The translations under genes and the position numbers were made by a program. Shown one piece after another: positions 63,683 through 64,000 of a stretch of DNA of 64,000 bases. The stretch comes from Veleropilina oligotropha (taxonomy: Eukaryota): positions 496,001 to 560,000 of the forward strand of contig JBEUKZ010000010.1 in assembly GCA_048128005.1 (NCBI GenBank), given 5' to 3'. Positions within the stretch are counted from its first letter, which is position 1. Each line of letters opens with the position of its first letter. The notes below the pieces were generated by a model, which saw only the letters and a list, made by a program, of their open reading frames with translations, made no database searches and was not told where the DNA came from.

Positions 63683-64000
63683 CAGTGGCGGATTCAGGGG
63701 GGGGGGGCTAAGGGGGCGCTAGCCCCCCCCCCCGGCAAAAATCTGGCGCATACTATATAACATCAATAATCTCCCTTTATGGTGAAATGGTTATACATTT
63801 TATAACTTTTATAATATTTTCAGGTCGGAATTATTTCACATAAATATGGCTTAAAATTGTTCATTTATTTACCTGCTGACAATGCTCTAAAATGCGTCAG
63901 ATTGCACCTCAGAGCATCTAGATTAAAAAAAATTAGCGCCCCCAGCAAAAATCTGGCGCATATTATATAACATCAATAATCTCCCTTTATGGTGAAATGG
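63683..64000. mobile_element. Left end of a hAT-like MITE, truncated by the window
   Basis: CAGTGGCGGATTCAGGGGG terminus with G/C-run hairpin and internal repeat (63735-63790 repeated at 63945-64000). Confidence 0.5.

Overview
AT-rich, repeat-dense eukaryotic DNA; the repeat families suggest a marine invertebrate such as a mollusc (inference). No prokaryotic genes or CRISPR array were found. The window holds three full-length, co-oriented (minus-strand) DIRS1-type tyrosine-recombinase retrotransposons from three distinct subfamilies: A 14716-23764, B 33297-40683 and C 53214-60509. Each has inverted terminal repeats (ITRs), an internal complementary region (ICR), gag, RT-RNaseH-methyltransferase and an overlapping recombinase (YR) ORF, and each carries coding lesions. 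There is also a full-length Academ (XPG-type) DNA transposon at 26259-33083, plus non-autonomous piggyBac, hAT5-like, Sola2-like and mariner-like elements, Helitron/Helentron derivatives, SINEs and minisatellites. The most notable signal came from comparing the three DIRS copies by eye. Their 'non-coding' 3' region between YR and the ICR, and their 5' leader, keep a series of helices at equivalent positions with compensatory base changes and conserved loops. This points to a multi-domain cis-acting structured RNA (or ssDNA) element that I do not recognise. Host-gene exons are only weakly suggested.
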